In this document: positions 25,843-38,661 of the stretch, piece after piece
Layout: each line of letters begins with the position of its first letter
Numbering within the stretch: the first letter of the stretch is position 1
Assembly (NCBI GenBank): GCA_951406725.2
Contig: OX597815.1
Coordinates: 9,176,001-9,240,000, forward strand
Source: Octopus vulgaris
Taxonomy: Eukaryota
Length of the DNA: 64,000 nt
Direction: 5' to 3'
Notes under the pieces: generated by a model
What the model was told of the DNA's origin: nothing
What the model saw: only the letters and a program-made list of their open reading frames with translations
The model's database searches: none
Made by a program: the position numbers and the translations under genes

Positions 25843-28800
25843 CTGCAAACAGAAAACAGACGATCAGTAATTACTTGATAGCCATTTAAATACAATCTCA
25901 TAATTTCATGCACACACACACACTCACAGACAGAGGTATACACACACACACACACACACATGTATGCACCTGTACAACTTATTAATTATTTCATGAACAG
26001 CAAACATTATACATGATTGGGAGATTTTATGAACCAATTGCTGGTTCAAGGATTAGGAAGGACATGGCGTTAGGTAGGACATCCAGCCATAGAAACATTG
26101 CCAGATCAGACTGGGCCTGGTGCAGCCTTCTGGCTTCCCAGACCCCAGTTGCACCGTCCAATCCATGCCAGCATGGAAAAACGGACGCTAAACGATGATG
26201 ACGATGATGATGAAGTGTGAAAAATGAGCCGCTCGTGTATCCGACTTTTGTTAGTTTGGCTGACACTGCAACTTCAGCAAATATATATTCATGTTGATAG
26301 CTGAATGCAATGTGCAAGCCTTGACATTTGATAAGAGGTGAGCTTACGACATGAGATGAAAAGTGGGTCTTCACAGCAGATGGGAAGTGGGACAACAACC
26401 TACATATGACAGTGACGTATGGCCGATTGTTAAGCTGTTTCTAAACATAATACAATTCCAGTCTGACTTAATGCTGGTTTCTGAGTGCGTCTTGTTAGAT
26501 TTGGAAACAAATTATGACCAGATTATATTATGATGCTTCAAGAACAGAATTATTTAAAGCCTTTGGCATTTAAACTGGCCATATACGGCCTGAATATTCT
26601 ACTTGTTTCATGTTCGAACTAGCCATATCTGGCCTTTCACACTTATCTTACTATGTCATTTTAAAAATATGCAATCACATCATCAAAATCTTGAAGCTAT
26701 GAGACGATGCATGATTAATTCAAAACAATCTGAATAAATAAACATTACATTTGACAGAGTACTATGAATACTAAAGGGTTATAATAAATTTACCATTGTT
26801 TATGGTATGTATAGGCATGGAATTATGACATTCATACTCAGGTGGGTTGACATGAAAAGGGTTAAACAATATTAAGCATGTACTGAGGCAAAGGGTTCCA
26901 CAGAAAGTTTTTTTTTTTTTTATCAGGGCTGAATTAACTATAGTGCTAATGGTAGATTACAGCAGATCTTTTTTTTAATTGAGTAGAATAGAGTGCTGGA
27001 AATTTGCATGTTTTCCTCTGAGTTTAGTTGCAAGTGAATAATTTTGTTTACATTGCTAACGATCGTGGCCGCTGCCAGCCTCCCCTGGCACATAAAAAGC
27101 ACCCACTACACTCACGGAGTGGTTGGCTTTAGGAAGGGCATCCACCTGTAGAAACACTGCCAGATCAGACCGGAGCCTAGTGCAGCCTCCTGGCTTCCCA
27201 GACCCCGGTCAAACCTTGCAACCCGTGCTAGCATGGAAAACAGACGTTAAATGATGATGATGATGATGATGATGATTGCTCCCTATTATTTTCATTCACC
27301 TGACTATTATGTGACAATTCTTTTGTAACCTGTCCCAATAATCCCCTTTTATCTCCTGCCATTGAGCAACGAAAGAACCTATTATTCCCAATTCAGGTAC
27401 CACTGGCAATCCCCAGCCTGCATCCACCCTGTATCCCTACCCAATTAAAGACACTTCTTACACCCCACCCACCATTTCTCCACACTTTTGCAAACCTCTG
27501 TCCATTCCTGGTTTCTCTGTACCCATCCACTTCTATTCCCCTTGTACCAATTGATGCTATCATCACTACTTTCACAGCTACTACCGATTCATGTTTAACT
27601 CCCTCCTAAATGTGAATAGCCATGTAGCTCCCTCACAACAAGAACCTGCTCTGCCTCACCCATTTCTTTCATAGCTTAACTCTCAACTGCTATCATAAAA
27701 CCCTTCCCCTTGAGTCTCGTAGGTTTGCAAGCTGCATGGTGATCCCACCAGTGCCAGTGGCATGAGAAAAGCACCCTGTATACACACTGTAAAGTGGTTG
27801 GCATTAGGAAGGGTATCAGGCTGTAGGAACCATGCCAAAGCAGACACTGGAGCACGATGCAGTCCTTGGACCCATTGGGTCCTTGTCAAACTATCCAACC
27901 TACACTATTATGAAACATGGACAATAAATGATGATGATGATGATGATAATGGAAATTGTTGAGAATCAGAAAGACAAATGCCTTAGAGTATGTTGTTTCA
28001 GAGTTCAAATTTGACTGAATTCGACATTATATTTTATACTCAAATGTGTGTGAGTTAGTGTTTGATAAAAGTTTTTTTTAAATATATCAGTTACAAACTT
28101 ACATTCTCAGAACTTAACTAGTGCCAATGTAAGAAATTCTATTTATTCGAAGACCTGACAAATGAAGTGAGTTCATGGCTCGCGGGATGGCCTGCTGTGC
28201 TAACCTTGGATCGTAGAGTGACCCGCTGTTCTTGAGGAGACCTATTGAGTCAAGTATATCAACATCATCATCATCATCGTCGTTTAGCGTCCGCTTTCCA
28301 TGCTAGCATGGGTTGGACGGTTCAACTGGGGTCTGGGAAACCAGAAGGCTGCATCAGGCCCAGTCTGATCTGGCAATGTTTCTATGGCTGGATGCCCTTC
28401 CTAATGCCAACCACTCCAAGAGTGTAGTGGGTGCTTTTTACGTGCCACCAGACAAGGCTGGCAAACGGCCACGATCGGATAGTGCTTTTACGTGCCACCG
28501 GCGAGGCTGGCAACGGCCACGAACGGATGGTGCTTTTTACGTGCCACCGGCACGAGGCCAGTCGGGGCGGCGCTGGCAACGGCCACGTTCAGATCAAAAT
28601 AAAAATTCAAATGGAAATTGTAGTTAAGACACCCGTGCTGGTGACACGTAATAAGCACCATCCGAACTTGGCAGATGCCAGCGTCGCCTGACTGGCGTCC
28701 GTGTCAGTGGCACGTAAAAGCACCAACCGATTGTGGTCGTTTGCCAGCCTCCCCTGGCCCCTGTGCCGGCGGCACATAAAAAAGCACCCACTACACTCAC

Positions 28801-28960
28801 AGAGTGGTTGACGTTAGGAAGGGCATCCAGCTGTAGAAACACTGCCAAATCAGACTGGAGCTCTGGTGCAGCCTCCTGGCTTACCAGACCCCAGTCGAAC
28901 TGTCCAACCCATGCTAGCATGGAAAACGGACGTTAAACGATGATGATGATGATGATGATA

Positions 28961-29833
28961 CAGTGGTACCTTGACTTACAGGTGTCCCAACTAATAAGTT
29001 TTTTGAGATACAAGTGATCTCTCAGGTAATTTTTTTTTGTTTTGAGCTGTGAGCTGAAATACAGGTTACGAGCTAGCTTCAGATAACCTGCTGCTAATTG
29101 GCATAGCAAATGCCACAGTGAACGATGTAACATCTGTTCTGTCTCCCATATCTCACTCGACAGCTAGACAGACATGGAATGTTAGCAAGTGCAAAGATCA
29201 ATAGTAGATTGATAACTAGACAGACACGCGTGTTAGCAAGTGCAAAGATCGTTAGTGGATCGTTAGCTAGACGGGTAATAAAATGTTTACTTAGGCACTG
29301 TAGGCTACAGAAGCACCAGTGTTGTGCTTGCAGTTATTTTGCAAAACTTCATTTTTCTAACCATGGGTCTGAAGAAAGAGTGCAAAGGACAGTGCGGAGA
29401 AGAAGTGAATGATGTGAATTGAATTGAAGAAAGAAATAATCAAAAAACATGACCAAGGTGTGCGTATAGTTGACTTGGTGAAGCAGTGTGAGCATAGCAC
29501 TTCTATGATCTGCACCATACTGAAACAGAAGGAGTCAATAAAGGCTATAACAGCAGCCAAGGGTATTAAAATAATTTCTAAACAGTGGACATCTATTCGT
29601 TAAAATATGGAGAAGCTGCTGATAGTGTGGTAAAATGTCTTGTTTTCATAGGTTTTGAATTAAAATATTCCACCAAGCCTTAGTCACAATTTATGTTCCA
29701 AACACTAGCTTAATGATAACTAAGTTGTTTTACTAAATTCTTTGTTATATTTAAAATAATTGGAAGAAACACAGAGCATCTCGAAATAAATACAGTAACA
29801 AAAGGGTTAAACTCTTAAATCAAGGCACCACTG
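28961..29833 (+). mobile_element. internally deleted Tigger/pogo element
   Basis: TA|CAGTGGTACCTTGA ... TCAAGGCACCACTG|TA; HTH-psq remnant IELKKEIIKKHDQGVRIVDLVKQ..STSMICTILKQKE; truncated TTAA MITE inside (29630-29810). Confidence 0.85.
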
Positions 29834-30718
29834 TATAAAGGTTTGTGTAACATGTTCATTCCTTCACACAACCTCTGAAACTGTGTTTGTATAGTTCAGG
29901 CTTTGCATGTTTGTGTGTGTGTGTGTATTTGTGTATGCAAGACATGTTGCCTAAGTACATTGGGCTTAACTATATTAAGTACACTGGAAAAGCCAATTTC
30001 AACATATAATGCACTTTTGGGAGCCAAGTTCAATTAACACATTACTGATGTTTTAGCAGTGTTCTATTTCATTGGTGTACTATTCTATAGAGCTTATGGA
30101 GATACTGTATGTGATACATTAAGAGACAGGGTGCTTAAATATGTGTAGTTGTTAAAATCTGATACACTGGGTTAGCTAAAATATGATACAGTCTGTGATG
30201 AAGAATAATGTGTTTGGGCATTCATGTGTATATGCGGCTGCTGACAGCATCATCATCATCATCATCATCATTATCATCAATAGCAATTATGACATCAATA
30301 CCATCGTCACTAAGTATGAGTGTATAAGTGCACATGCATGTCTGTGTATGTATGTATGCATACATGTATATACAAGCACATATATTTTTGAATTGCATAG
30401 TGTTTAATAAAAGAGGAAAATGAGCTGCAGGGGTAATACCATACGTTTGTAGTAAATATTTTTGTCAGTGTGTGTGTGTGTGTGTGTGTTAGGAGAGATA
30501 TTGAGAGTGCAGGAAAACTTTCTTAAAGTGCAACAGGCACTGCACTTTAAGGTGCAAGCATGGCCGTGTTGCTGAAAAAGCTCACTTCCCAACCATGTCA
30601 TCTGGAATTCAGTCCCACTGCGTGGTACCTTGGGTAAGTGGTTTCCACTACAGCCCTGAGCTAACCAAAGCCTAATCAGTGGATTTGATTTGGTTGATAG
30701 AAACAAAAAGAAGCCCAT

Positions 30719-30755
<37 letters not shown>

Positions 30756-32674
30756 ACATATATATATATATATATAAATACATGCATACATACATGTGTT
30801 AGGAAGGGCATCAAGCTGTGAAAACCATGCCAAAACAAACACAGAAATATAGTGTAGACTTTTGCCTGGCCAGTTCCTGTCAAACTGTCCAACCCATGTC
30901 AGCATGAAAGAAGGGCATTAAATGATGATGATATATATATATATATATATAGGCGCGGGCATGGCTGTGTGGTTAGGGAGCTTGCTTCCTAGCTACGTGG
31001 TTTCGGGTTCAGTCCCACTGCGTGACACTTTGGATAGGTGTCTTCCACTATAGCCCCGAGCCGACCGGAGCTTTGTGATTGAATTTGGTAGGTGGAAGTT
31101 ACTGCCGTGTGTGTATGTGTGCGTATAGCTGCTCAGTGCCTCTCCGAAAGAGAGAGAGGGATATATATATATATATATATAAAGGTTAGTAGAGTTAGAG
31201 GTTGGAATAACCGTCTAAGGGATAAAAATACCTGTTATACTACCGGTGTAATAACCTATGTTAACCCTGGACATACCTATGCAAGCATTTTATGCTTATA
31301 GGTTACAGGTAATGACAAAGATAAGCAAGAGTTTATCAGGAATCAAATTTAAAGTAAACAGAAAATGGAGAAATATTGATAAACAACAATTGACTAACAT
31401 CAATTGATGCAGATGTGGAGGGCAAACTTGAGAGCGTGGATCAGCAGGCCTTCTGGCTTCCCAGACCCCAGTCGAATGGTCTAACCCATGCCAGCATGGA
31501 AAATGGATGTTAAATGATGATGATGATGGTGGTGATGATGATATAGATAAATGCATACATATATATATATAGTGAGAATTTACAAAAAAACATAAGATGA
31601 AGACGGGAGTGTAAACAACAAACAGATGTATTAGTTTAACGCTCGGGAAGTGAGAAAGTCTTTTACGTTTCGAGCCTACACTCTTCGAGAGGATGGAACA
31701 CACAAATAAAGAGGGAGAGAAAATAGAAAAGGCTTAGTGGCTAGCGATCTACCATGGCAAATGCCAGACAGAGGGGTCACACAGGAGAGCTAGGAAGAGG
31801 GGAGATAATAAAGTAATGGTGATCCCAAAACGAAGGTGCGCATACATGTGTATGTGAGAGCGTGTATGTGCGTGTGGAAGGGGGCTGGTGACCTTGACGT
31901 GTGCATGTGTAGGTGTGTGGATGATGGTGTAAGTGCTGGGAAGTGGTCAGTGCTAGTGTGTGCGGGGTGGTGTGGTGTGGTATGGTGGTGTGTAGTGTGC
32001 TAGTGTTGGGGTGTCGGGGAGGTGAGAGTGGTGGAAGCAAGGGTGGGTCTAAAGGATGGGTGGGGGTGGGATGGTGTTGTTGGAGTGTGTTGAATATGAA
32101 ACGCAATTTATTTTGGAAAAGAATCATCATCATCATCGTTTAAAGTCCACTTTCCATGCTAGAATGGGTTGGACGATTTTGACTGAGGTCTGGCGAACCA
32201 GATGGCTGCACCAGGCTTCAATCTTGATCTGGCAGAGTTTCTACAACTGGATGCTCTTCCTAACGCCAACCACTCCAAGAGCGTAGTGGGTGCTTTTATG
32301 TGCCACCTGCACGGGGGCCAGTCAGGCGGTACTGGCAACGCACTCGCTCGAATCTTTTTACACATGCCACCGGCACAGGTGTCAGTAAGGCGATGCTGGT
32401 AACGATCACACTCGAATGGTGTCTTTTACATGCCACCGGCATGGAGGCCAGGTGGCTGCTCTGGCAATTATATTTGTGCATAATGTATAGGGAAGGTATT
32501 ACCAGTGAGAAAGTCACTACAGATGTTATAAGTCCACTGCATCTTATAGCAGAAACAACTGTAACCTAATGCAGTTCATAACAAGATTGTGTTTTCCTTT
32601 GTTGTTTTTTTTAAGTGTGTGCATGTGTGTGTGTATATATATATATAAACATATACATGCATGCATGCATATAT

Positions 32675-32915
32675 AAATAAACAGCAACAGCTAGATAATA
32701 CTTCATTCACTACAGCTGTTTCCAATGAGTTTTTTTTTATTGATTTCGTCATGCGAAAAAATCCTATTTCCATCAGGTGAATATAAACGAATTACACGTT
32801 TCAAACATTCCAAAAGTCGTTTTCCTTTGCATTACATAACATCTCTATTAATCAATAAAATCCTCGTTGGAAACAGCTGTAGCGAATGAGCCATTATCCA
32901 TCTGTTGTTACCTAT
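32675..32915. mobile_element. fold-back Penelope-like remnant with near-canonical hammerhead
   Basis: inverted arms around 32680-32745/32848-32910; minus strand ATTCAC-CTGATGG...GAAA-cagctg-TA-GTGAAT at 32782-32705. Confidence 0.65.
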
Positions 32916-33188
32916 TATTCACCTTACCTTGAACCTGTTATTAGTGTGGATCTGGTGTCTATTAAGTGCACCGTGTATTCTTCCTAAATACAGCCTTGAG
33001 ACTCATAATATACGCAGTAAGGTGCAGTTAATCATATATATACAACTAGAATAATAGTATGTCTGAACTTTGGTTTGTAGGTATTTGTTCCTATGATTTT
33101 GTAATCTACACGATTCCCTTTGTTTGACTTGACCAGGTGCTTTACCATTTAAGTACCTGATTCACTTGAACTCTAATATGCATATATA

Positions 33189-33227
<39 letters not shown>

Positions 33228-33920
33228 CATCATCATCGTTTAACGTCCATTTTCCATGCTAGCCTGGGTTGGACAGTTCAACTGGGGTCTGGGAAGCCAG
33301 GAGGCTGCGCCAGGCCCAGTTTGATCTGGCAGTGTTTCTACAGCTGGATGCCCTTCCTAACGCCAACCACTCTGAGAGTGTAGTGGGTGCTTTTTACGTG
33401 CCACCTGCACAGGTGCCAGGCGAGGCTGGCAACACCACAATTGGATGGTGCTTTTTACATGCCACCGGCATGGAGGCCAGTCGGGGCAGCGCTGGCAACA
33501 GCCACGTTCGGATGGTTCTCTTATGTGCCACCGGCACTAGTATCAGCTATAATTTCCATTGATGTTGATCGATTTCAATTTTGATTTTTTGATTTTCACT
33601 TGCCTCAACAGGTCTTCACAAGTAGGGCTTGTGTCACAAGAAGGAAAGGTATGCATAAGCAGGCTGGCTATGTCCCAGGTAGAGGCCACGGGTTATGGTC
33701 TCACTTATCCTGCCGGGTCTTCCCACACACAGCATACTTCCAAAGGTCTCGGTCTCTAGTCATTTCCTCGGTGAGACCTAAAGTTCGAAGGTCGTGCTTC
33801 ACCACCTCGTCCCAGGTTTTCCTGGGTCTACCTCTTCCACAGGTTCCCTCAACCGCTAGGGTGTGGCACTTTTTCACACAACTATCTTCATCCATTCTCA
33901 CTACATGACCATACCAGTGC
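33228..33920 (-). mobile_element. RTE-clade LINE 3' end: ORF2 C-terminus, 3' UTR and (GAT)n tail
   Basis: WYGHVVRMDEDSCVKK...GRGRPRKTWDEVV...DRDLWK; shows that the many catcatcgtttaacgtccgctttccatgc repeats (21470, 26060, 27060, 28262, 32125, 39888, 40570, 42170, 42445, 46565 etc.) share this 3' UTR. Confidence 0.88.
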
Positions 33921-34178
33921 AATATATATATATATATACGCTTTTACTTGTTTCAGTCATTTGACTGTGGCCATGCTGGAGCACCGCCTTTTTCAGTTGA
34001 GCAAATTGACCCCAGGACTTATTCTTTGTAAGCCTAGTACTTATTCTATCAGTCTCCACACTTACTGATTGATGAAAATCTTGTAACAAAGTTCAAATAA
34101 TTTTCAGTAGAAAAACGAATAAAACCAATGAAGAAAAGCCATACCAAAATCATACATTTACCAGTGTTTCCTAGAAAT

Positions 34179-34432
34179 TTCACCTGAAAGACCAGGTAAA
34201 GAATTTAATAACAGTAAGCAGTGATGTCTCATCTGAAACAAGCTAAGTTAGGCTACCTTAGAAAGCAGTGATATCTCACCTGAGACAAGCTAAGTTAGGT
34301 TATTGTAGTAAGTAGTGATGTCTTACCTGAAACAAGGTAGATTAAATAATCATAGAAAAAAGTGATGGTCCACCTGAGACAAGCTACTTTAGGTAATCAT
34401 AGAAAGTAGTAACGTCTCACCTGAGACTAAGT
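34179..34432. repeat. 47-bp minisatellite, about 5.5 degenerate units
   Basis: core ctcacctgagacaag at 34228, 34275, 34322, 34369, 34416. Confidence 0.85.
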
Positions 34433-34779
34433 TCTTCTAACGAAGCCTGAATACATGGCTGCCTATAGAGAAGATGAATAAGGTTAATTGAACATTTGTA
34501 TGAAATAGTGACAGGTATATGTGCGGGTGTGTGTGTGAGACAGAGAGAAAGAAAATATACATGTGTGTGAAATTCAATATGGCCACAGATTCATCATCAT
34601 TTAGCATCTGCTTTCCATGCTGGCATTGGTTGGATGGTTTGACTGGAACTGGTAAGCCAGATAGCTGCACCAGGCTCCAATTGTCTGTTTTGGTTTGGTT
34701 TCTACAGCTGGATGCCCTTCCTAATGCCAACCACTCCATAAAGAATACTGGTTGTATTTTACAATACTGTCACAGTTTT

Positions 34780-35255
34780 TATGTGTCCCTAGCTTACTCT
34801 GGGTACACCTTACGGAATTTCTACCTACACCTTTTCTGCATATCGAGGAGAGCTATCTCCCTGAAGGGATTTGTGATTTGTCTGTTTTCTTACTGACTAG
34901 GATTTTGTTCTTTGCTAAATTAACTCTAAGGCCCTTTGATTCTAGACTTTGCTGTCACACCTGAAATTTCTTCTCTAGTTCTGGTTGTGATTCAGCTACA
35001 AGAACAAAGTCATCAGCATAGAGAAGCTCCTAAGAGCATCCGGTCAAATTCTTCTGTTACAGCCTGAAGGACCATGATGAACAAGAGTGGGCTAAGAATT
35101 GATCCTTGGTGAATTCCTACCTGTACACTGAATTCATTGCTATACTTGTTGCCAGATTTCGCCTTACTGACAGCATCCCAGTACATGGATTGTACAGCTC
35201 TTTCCAACCACTCATCTATCCCTAGCTTCTGCACTGAACACCAGATGAGGGAGCT
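34780..35255 (-). mobile_element. RTE LINE RT fragment running into a PHD-like finger
   Basis: KLGIDEWL, VGIHQGSILSPLLFIMVL, LLYADD, then CRKGVGRNSVRC. Confidence 0.8.
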
Positions 35256-36196
35256 CAAGCTCATAAAAGTGATGTGAATGTGTGAGTGAAGGTGTGTACG
35301 TCAATGTGAAACTGTGTGCACAATAAGATATGTATATGCGTACATGTAACTGTGGATGAGAAATATGTGTAACAGTGTGAGAGCTGTGTACCACTACCAC
35401 CCCACACAACATTGTCTACGTCCACTGATTATACCATATCACACCCCCATCTGTCCATGACCTCACTGACCATACTGCACTACACTATTGCCTTAATGTC
35501 CATTACACCTACTACACTATACCATGCTACACCTTCAGCTGTCCAGTATCCCACAACCAGCTCAAATATACATCATTGTCGTTCATGACCACTGTCTCAA
35601 TGATTAGGCTATGCTTCAACCTATTTCTTTACTACCTACAAGGGGCTACACACAGAGGGGACAAACAAGGACAGACATAGGTATTAAGTCGATTACATCG
35701 ACCCCAGTGCGTAACTGGTACTTTGTTTTATCGAGCCCCGAAAGGATGAAAAGCAAAGTCGACCTCGGCGGAATTTGAACTCAGAACGTAAAGGCAGACG
35801 AAATACCTGTTTCTTTACTACCCACAAGGGGCTACACACAGAGGGGACAAACAAGGACAGACATAGGTATTAAGTCGATTACATCGGCCCCAGTGCGTAA
35901 CTGGTACTTAATTTATCGACCCCGAAAGGATGAAAGGCAAAGTCGACCTCGGCGGAATTTGAACTCAGAACATAATGGCAGACAAAATACCGCTAAGCAT
36001 TTCACCCGGCGTGCTAACGTTTCTGCCAGCTCGCCTTCAACCATTTCTCGTGTAATACAGAGTCCTATTGCTTAATTGCTTCAGGTTGACGACTGAATAT
36101 GTCAGATAACACAAAAGGACTACTTAGTTGTACTACGAGAAGAAAGCAAGCATATCTATATAGAGAGTTCCAATAGACTTGAGATCATCTACTTAC

Positions 36197-36238
36197 CTGG
36201 CCTCCCAGTTCTCGGTTGTAAAACCTGCGCTCAATAAC
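36197..36238 (-). CDS. RABL3: RABL3 exon 7 (VIERRFYNRELGGQ)
   Basis: acceptor ttcgttgcag, donor CAG|gtaagt, 42 nt; continues FFDK|VIERR. Confidence 0.9.
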
Positions 36239-36469
36239 CTGCAACGAAACAGAAATAACATTAAGAAATTTTATCTAAAATTAATACAAGCTGGCTCCCT
36301 TAAACATGAACAATTTCATAAACCACATCAAAGTGGCTGTTGACTAAGTGATTTCATTAAATGTCTGTAATAAAAAAAACCCCAGATAGCTGATAAGGAA
36401 AAGAAGTAGTTGAAGCACATCTTGAAATCATACTGTTTCTCAAGGACAGTGTATATAGAAGGTATGTAG

Positions 36470-36993
36470 AGGCTGAGAAGAAACGAAGTGACTGTGGATG
36501 TGTAATATTAAACTATACGAGAGACATCAAATCTAAGTAGAGACTTCAAACTTAAAATCTTCAAAGCCACAGTCGAACCAATTCTACTATATGGCTCAGA
36601 AACCTGGACGTTATCAAAGAAGCTTGAGAGGCGGTTGGATGGAACCTACACTCGCCTCCTTATGAGAGCTCAAAATCTCTCGTGGAAGCGTCATCCAACC
36701 AAAATGCAAATATATGGGTAACTACCACCTGTGTCATCTCTTGTGAAAGGTAGGAGAGTCCAGTTTGCTGGACATTGTTGTAGAGCTGAAAACGAGGTAA
36801 TTTCTACTCTTCTCCTCTGGAAGCCATCTGCTCGCGATACCAGGGAGCACACACTCTCCTACCCTGATGTAATCTCCAGGGATACAAGCATCCAGCAACA
36901 GGACCTCCGTAATGCTATGATGGACCGTGAGGTCTGGCGTAGCATGGTAAATTCCATTGTCTCGACCACGGTCAAACAATGATGATGATGATG
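36470..36993 (+). mobile_element. RTE-clade LINE 3' fragment
   Basis: KLKIFKATVEPILLYGSETWTL...RRVQFAGHC; (TGA)n tail. Confidence 0.88.
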
Positions 36994-37404
36994 AGAGACA
37001 GATCATAAATGGGCCGGTTGAGTGGTTAGTCAGTGAAGAGATCAACTAATGTATAGTGTAGAGATGACTGTGCTGGTATGGAAATGTGAACAGAGGATAA
37101 GTGTTGGGTGAGGATGTATTATGGACTCTCAGAAGAGGATGCCTAGGAAAAAGAGGAAGTTTAAGAAAGATATATGGAAGATGGAAGGGCATCCAGTTGT
37201 AGAAACCATACCAAATCATACTAAGTATGGAGCAATCACAAAGTCCTGGTCACTTGTGTGGCTGTGTTCTCTTTTGTTGTTTCGGCTGTTTTTCAAAAAT
37301 GACAGATAAATAATACATAAGCCCTTGTTTTAACCAGTTTTATAAATAGGATGAACCAGCTATCAATAACAACAACAGCAACATGACATGCATAATAATA
37401 TTAA

Positions 37405-37650
37405 CAAGAGGATCCCTTCAGGTAGATGGCTCTGCTCGATCTGTAGAAAAGGGGTAGGTAGAAACTCCATAAGATGCAGCTGGTGTAAGCTATGGACATA
37501 TAAGAGGTGCAGCAATATCAGAGGAAGGTTAACAGGGAAAATAACTTTTGTGTGTGGAAGATGCACAGGTACAATAAACACCAAAAATGCACAGAAAAGA
37601 CTCCATCAACTGTGAGGGGGAAGCCAGAGGTAGTAGATGGCTTCAATAGA
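37405..37650 (+). mobile_element. PHD-like zinc finger fragment from an RTE LINE
   Basis: CSIC-x10-CSWC-x4-Y-x2-C-x15-CGRC; homologous to the segment next to the RT at 34800-34870. Confidence 0.7.
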
Positions 37651-37745
37651 TGAGACTAACTTCCAGTAGTTAACCATACCTCACCTGCATCTATGAGGGT
37701 TTATACAGGTTATTAGCATTACCTTCTCTCTCTCAGACTAACTAA

Positions 37746-38235
37746 TTAACTCTTTCGTTACCAACCCGGCCAAAACCGGCCTTGGCTCTGTAGTACAAAT
37801 GTCTTGTTTTCATAAGTTTTGAATTAAAATCTTTCACCAAACCTTAGTCACAATTTATGTTCCTAACACTAGCTCAATGATAACTTAGCTATTTTACTAA
37901 ATTCTTTGTTATATTTAAAATTAATTGGATGAAACACAGAACATCTCAAAATAAATAGAGTAATGAAAGGGTTAAAACAATAAAGTGGAAAATGCCTTTT
38001 TACAGTTTTAACCCTTTAGCGTTCAGATTAATTTGTCAACAGTAACCCTTATTCATTCACATTTAAAAAAATTTATCTGATATTACTTTGTACCTTCAAG
38101 ATAGGAAAGATGCAATTGCTTATTTTTAGAATGACATTGCAGGGTAGGTGTGAGATGCATGTTCTGGCCAGTTTGAGCATAAAATGTGTAGAATATTTGG
38201 GCCGGATACAGCCGGTTTAAACACTAAAGGGTTAA
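37746..38235. mobile_element. two adjacent TTAA-flanked (piggyBac-type) MITEs
   Basis: TTAACTCTTTCGTTAC...GTAATGAAAGGGTTAA (37746-37975) and TTAACCCTTTAG...CTAAAGGGTTAA (38007-38235); relatives at 26553-26781 and 29630-29810. Confidence 0.75.
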
Positions 38236-38589
38236 ACCCTCCCACTCGCATTAACATAGACAGTTGTACCCTGTTACAAAGTTTGTGCTTATAATTGGAT
38301 ACCAGTTGCGAACATTAACCACTCAGCTGTAAATTAGGAGATGTACCTGATATTAGTGGGGCAGAGTGAGGCAAGCAGTATTACACAGTAAGATGACCTG
38401 AATGGCCTTAGTAGCATTTAAACGTCTTAGGTTGACCTTTTGGTGGTCAGACATCTTCTTTTCTGAATATCACCCATTGAACTGTGGTATGAAATTTAAT
38501 GAGAGGAGGAACTGAGGAATGTAGAGTGATGTTGCTGAGATGCCTGGTCAAAATACAAGTAGGAAGAGGGGTTAAGTGTATAATAATAC

Positions 38590-38661
38590 CTTATCAAAAA
38601 ATTTGGCCACCTTTACTGCATTGGTAGATCCAGGAGCCAGGAATTTCTTTTGTTTACAATC
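38590..38661 (-). CDS. RABL3: RABL3 exon 6 (DCKQKKFLAPGSTNAVKVAKFFDK)
   Basis: acceptor ttgcag, donor AAG|gtatt, 72 nt in frame. Confidence 0.93.
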
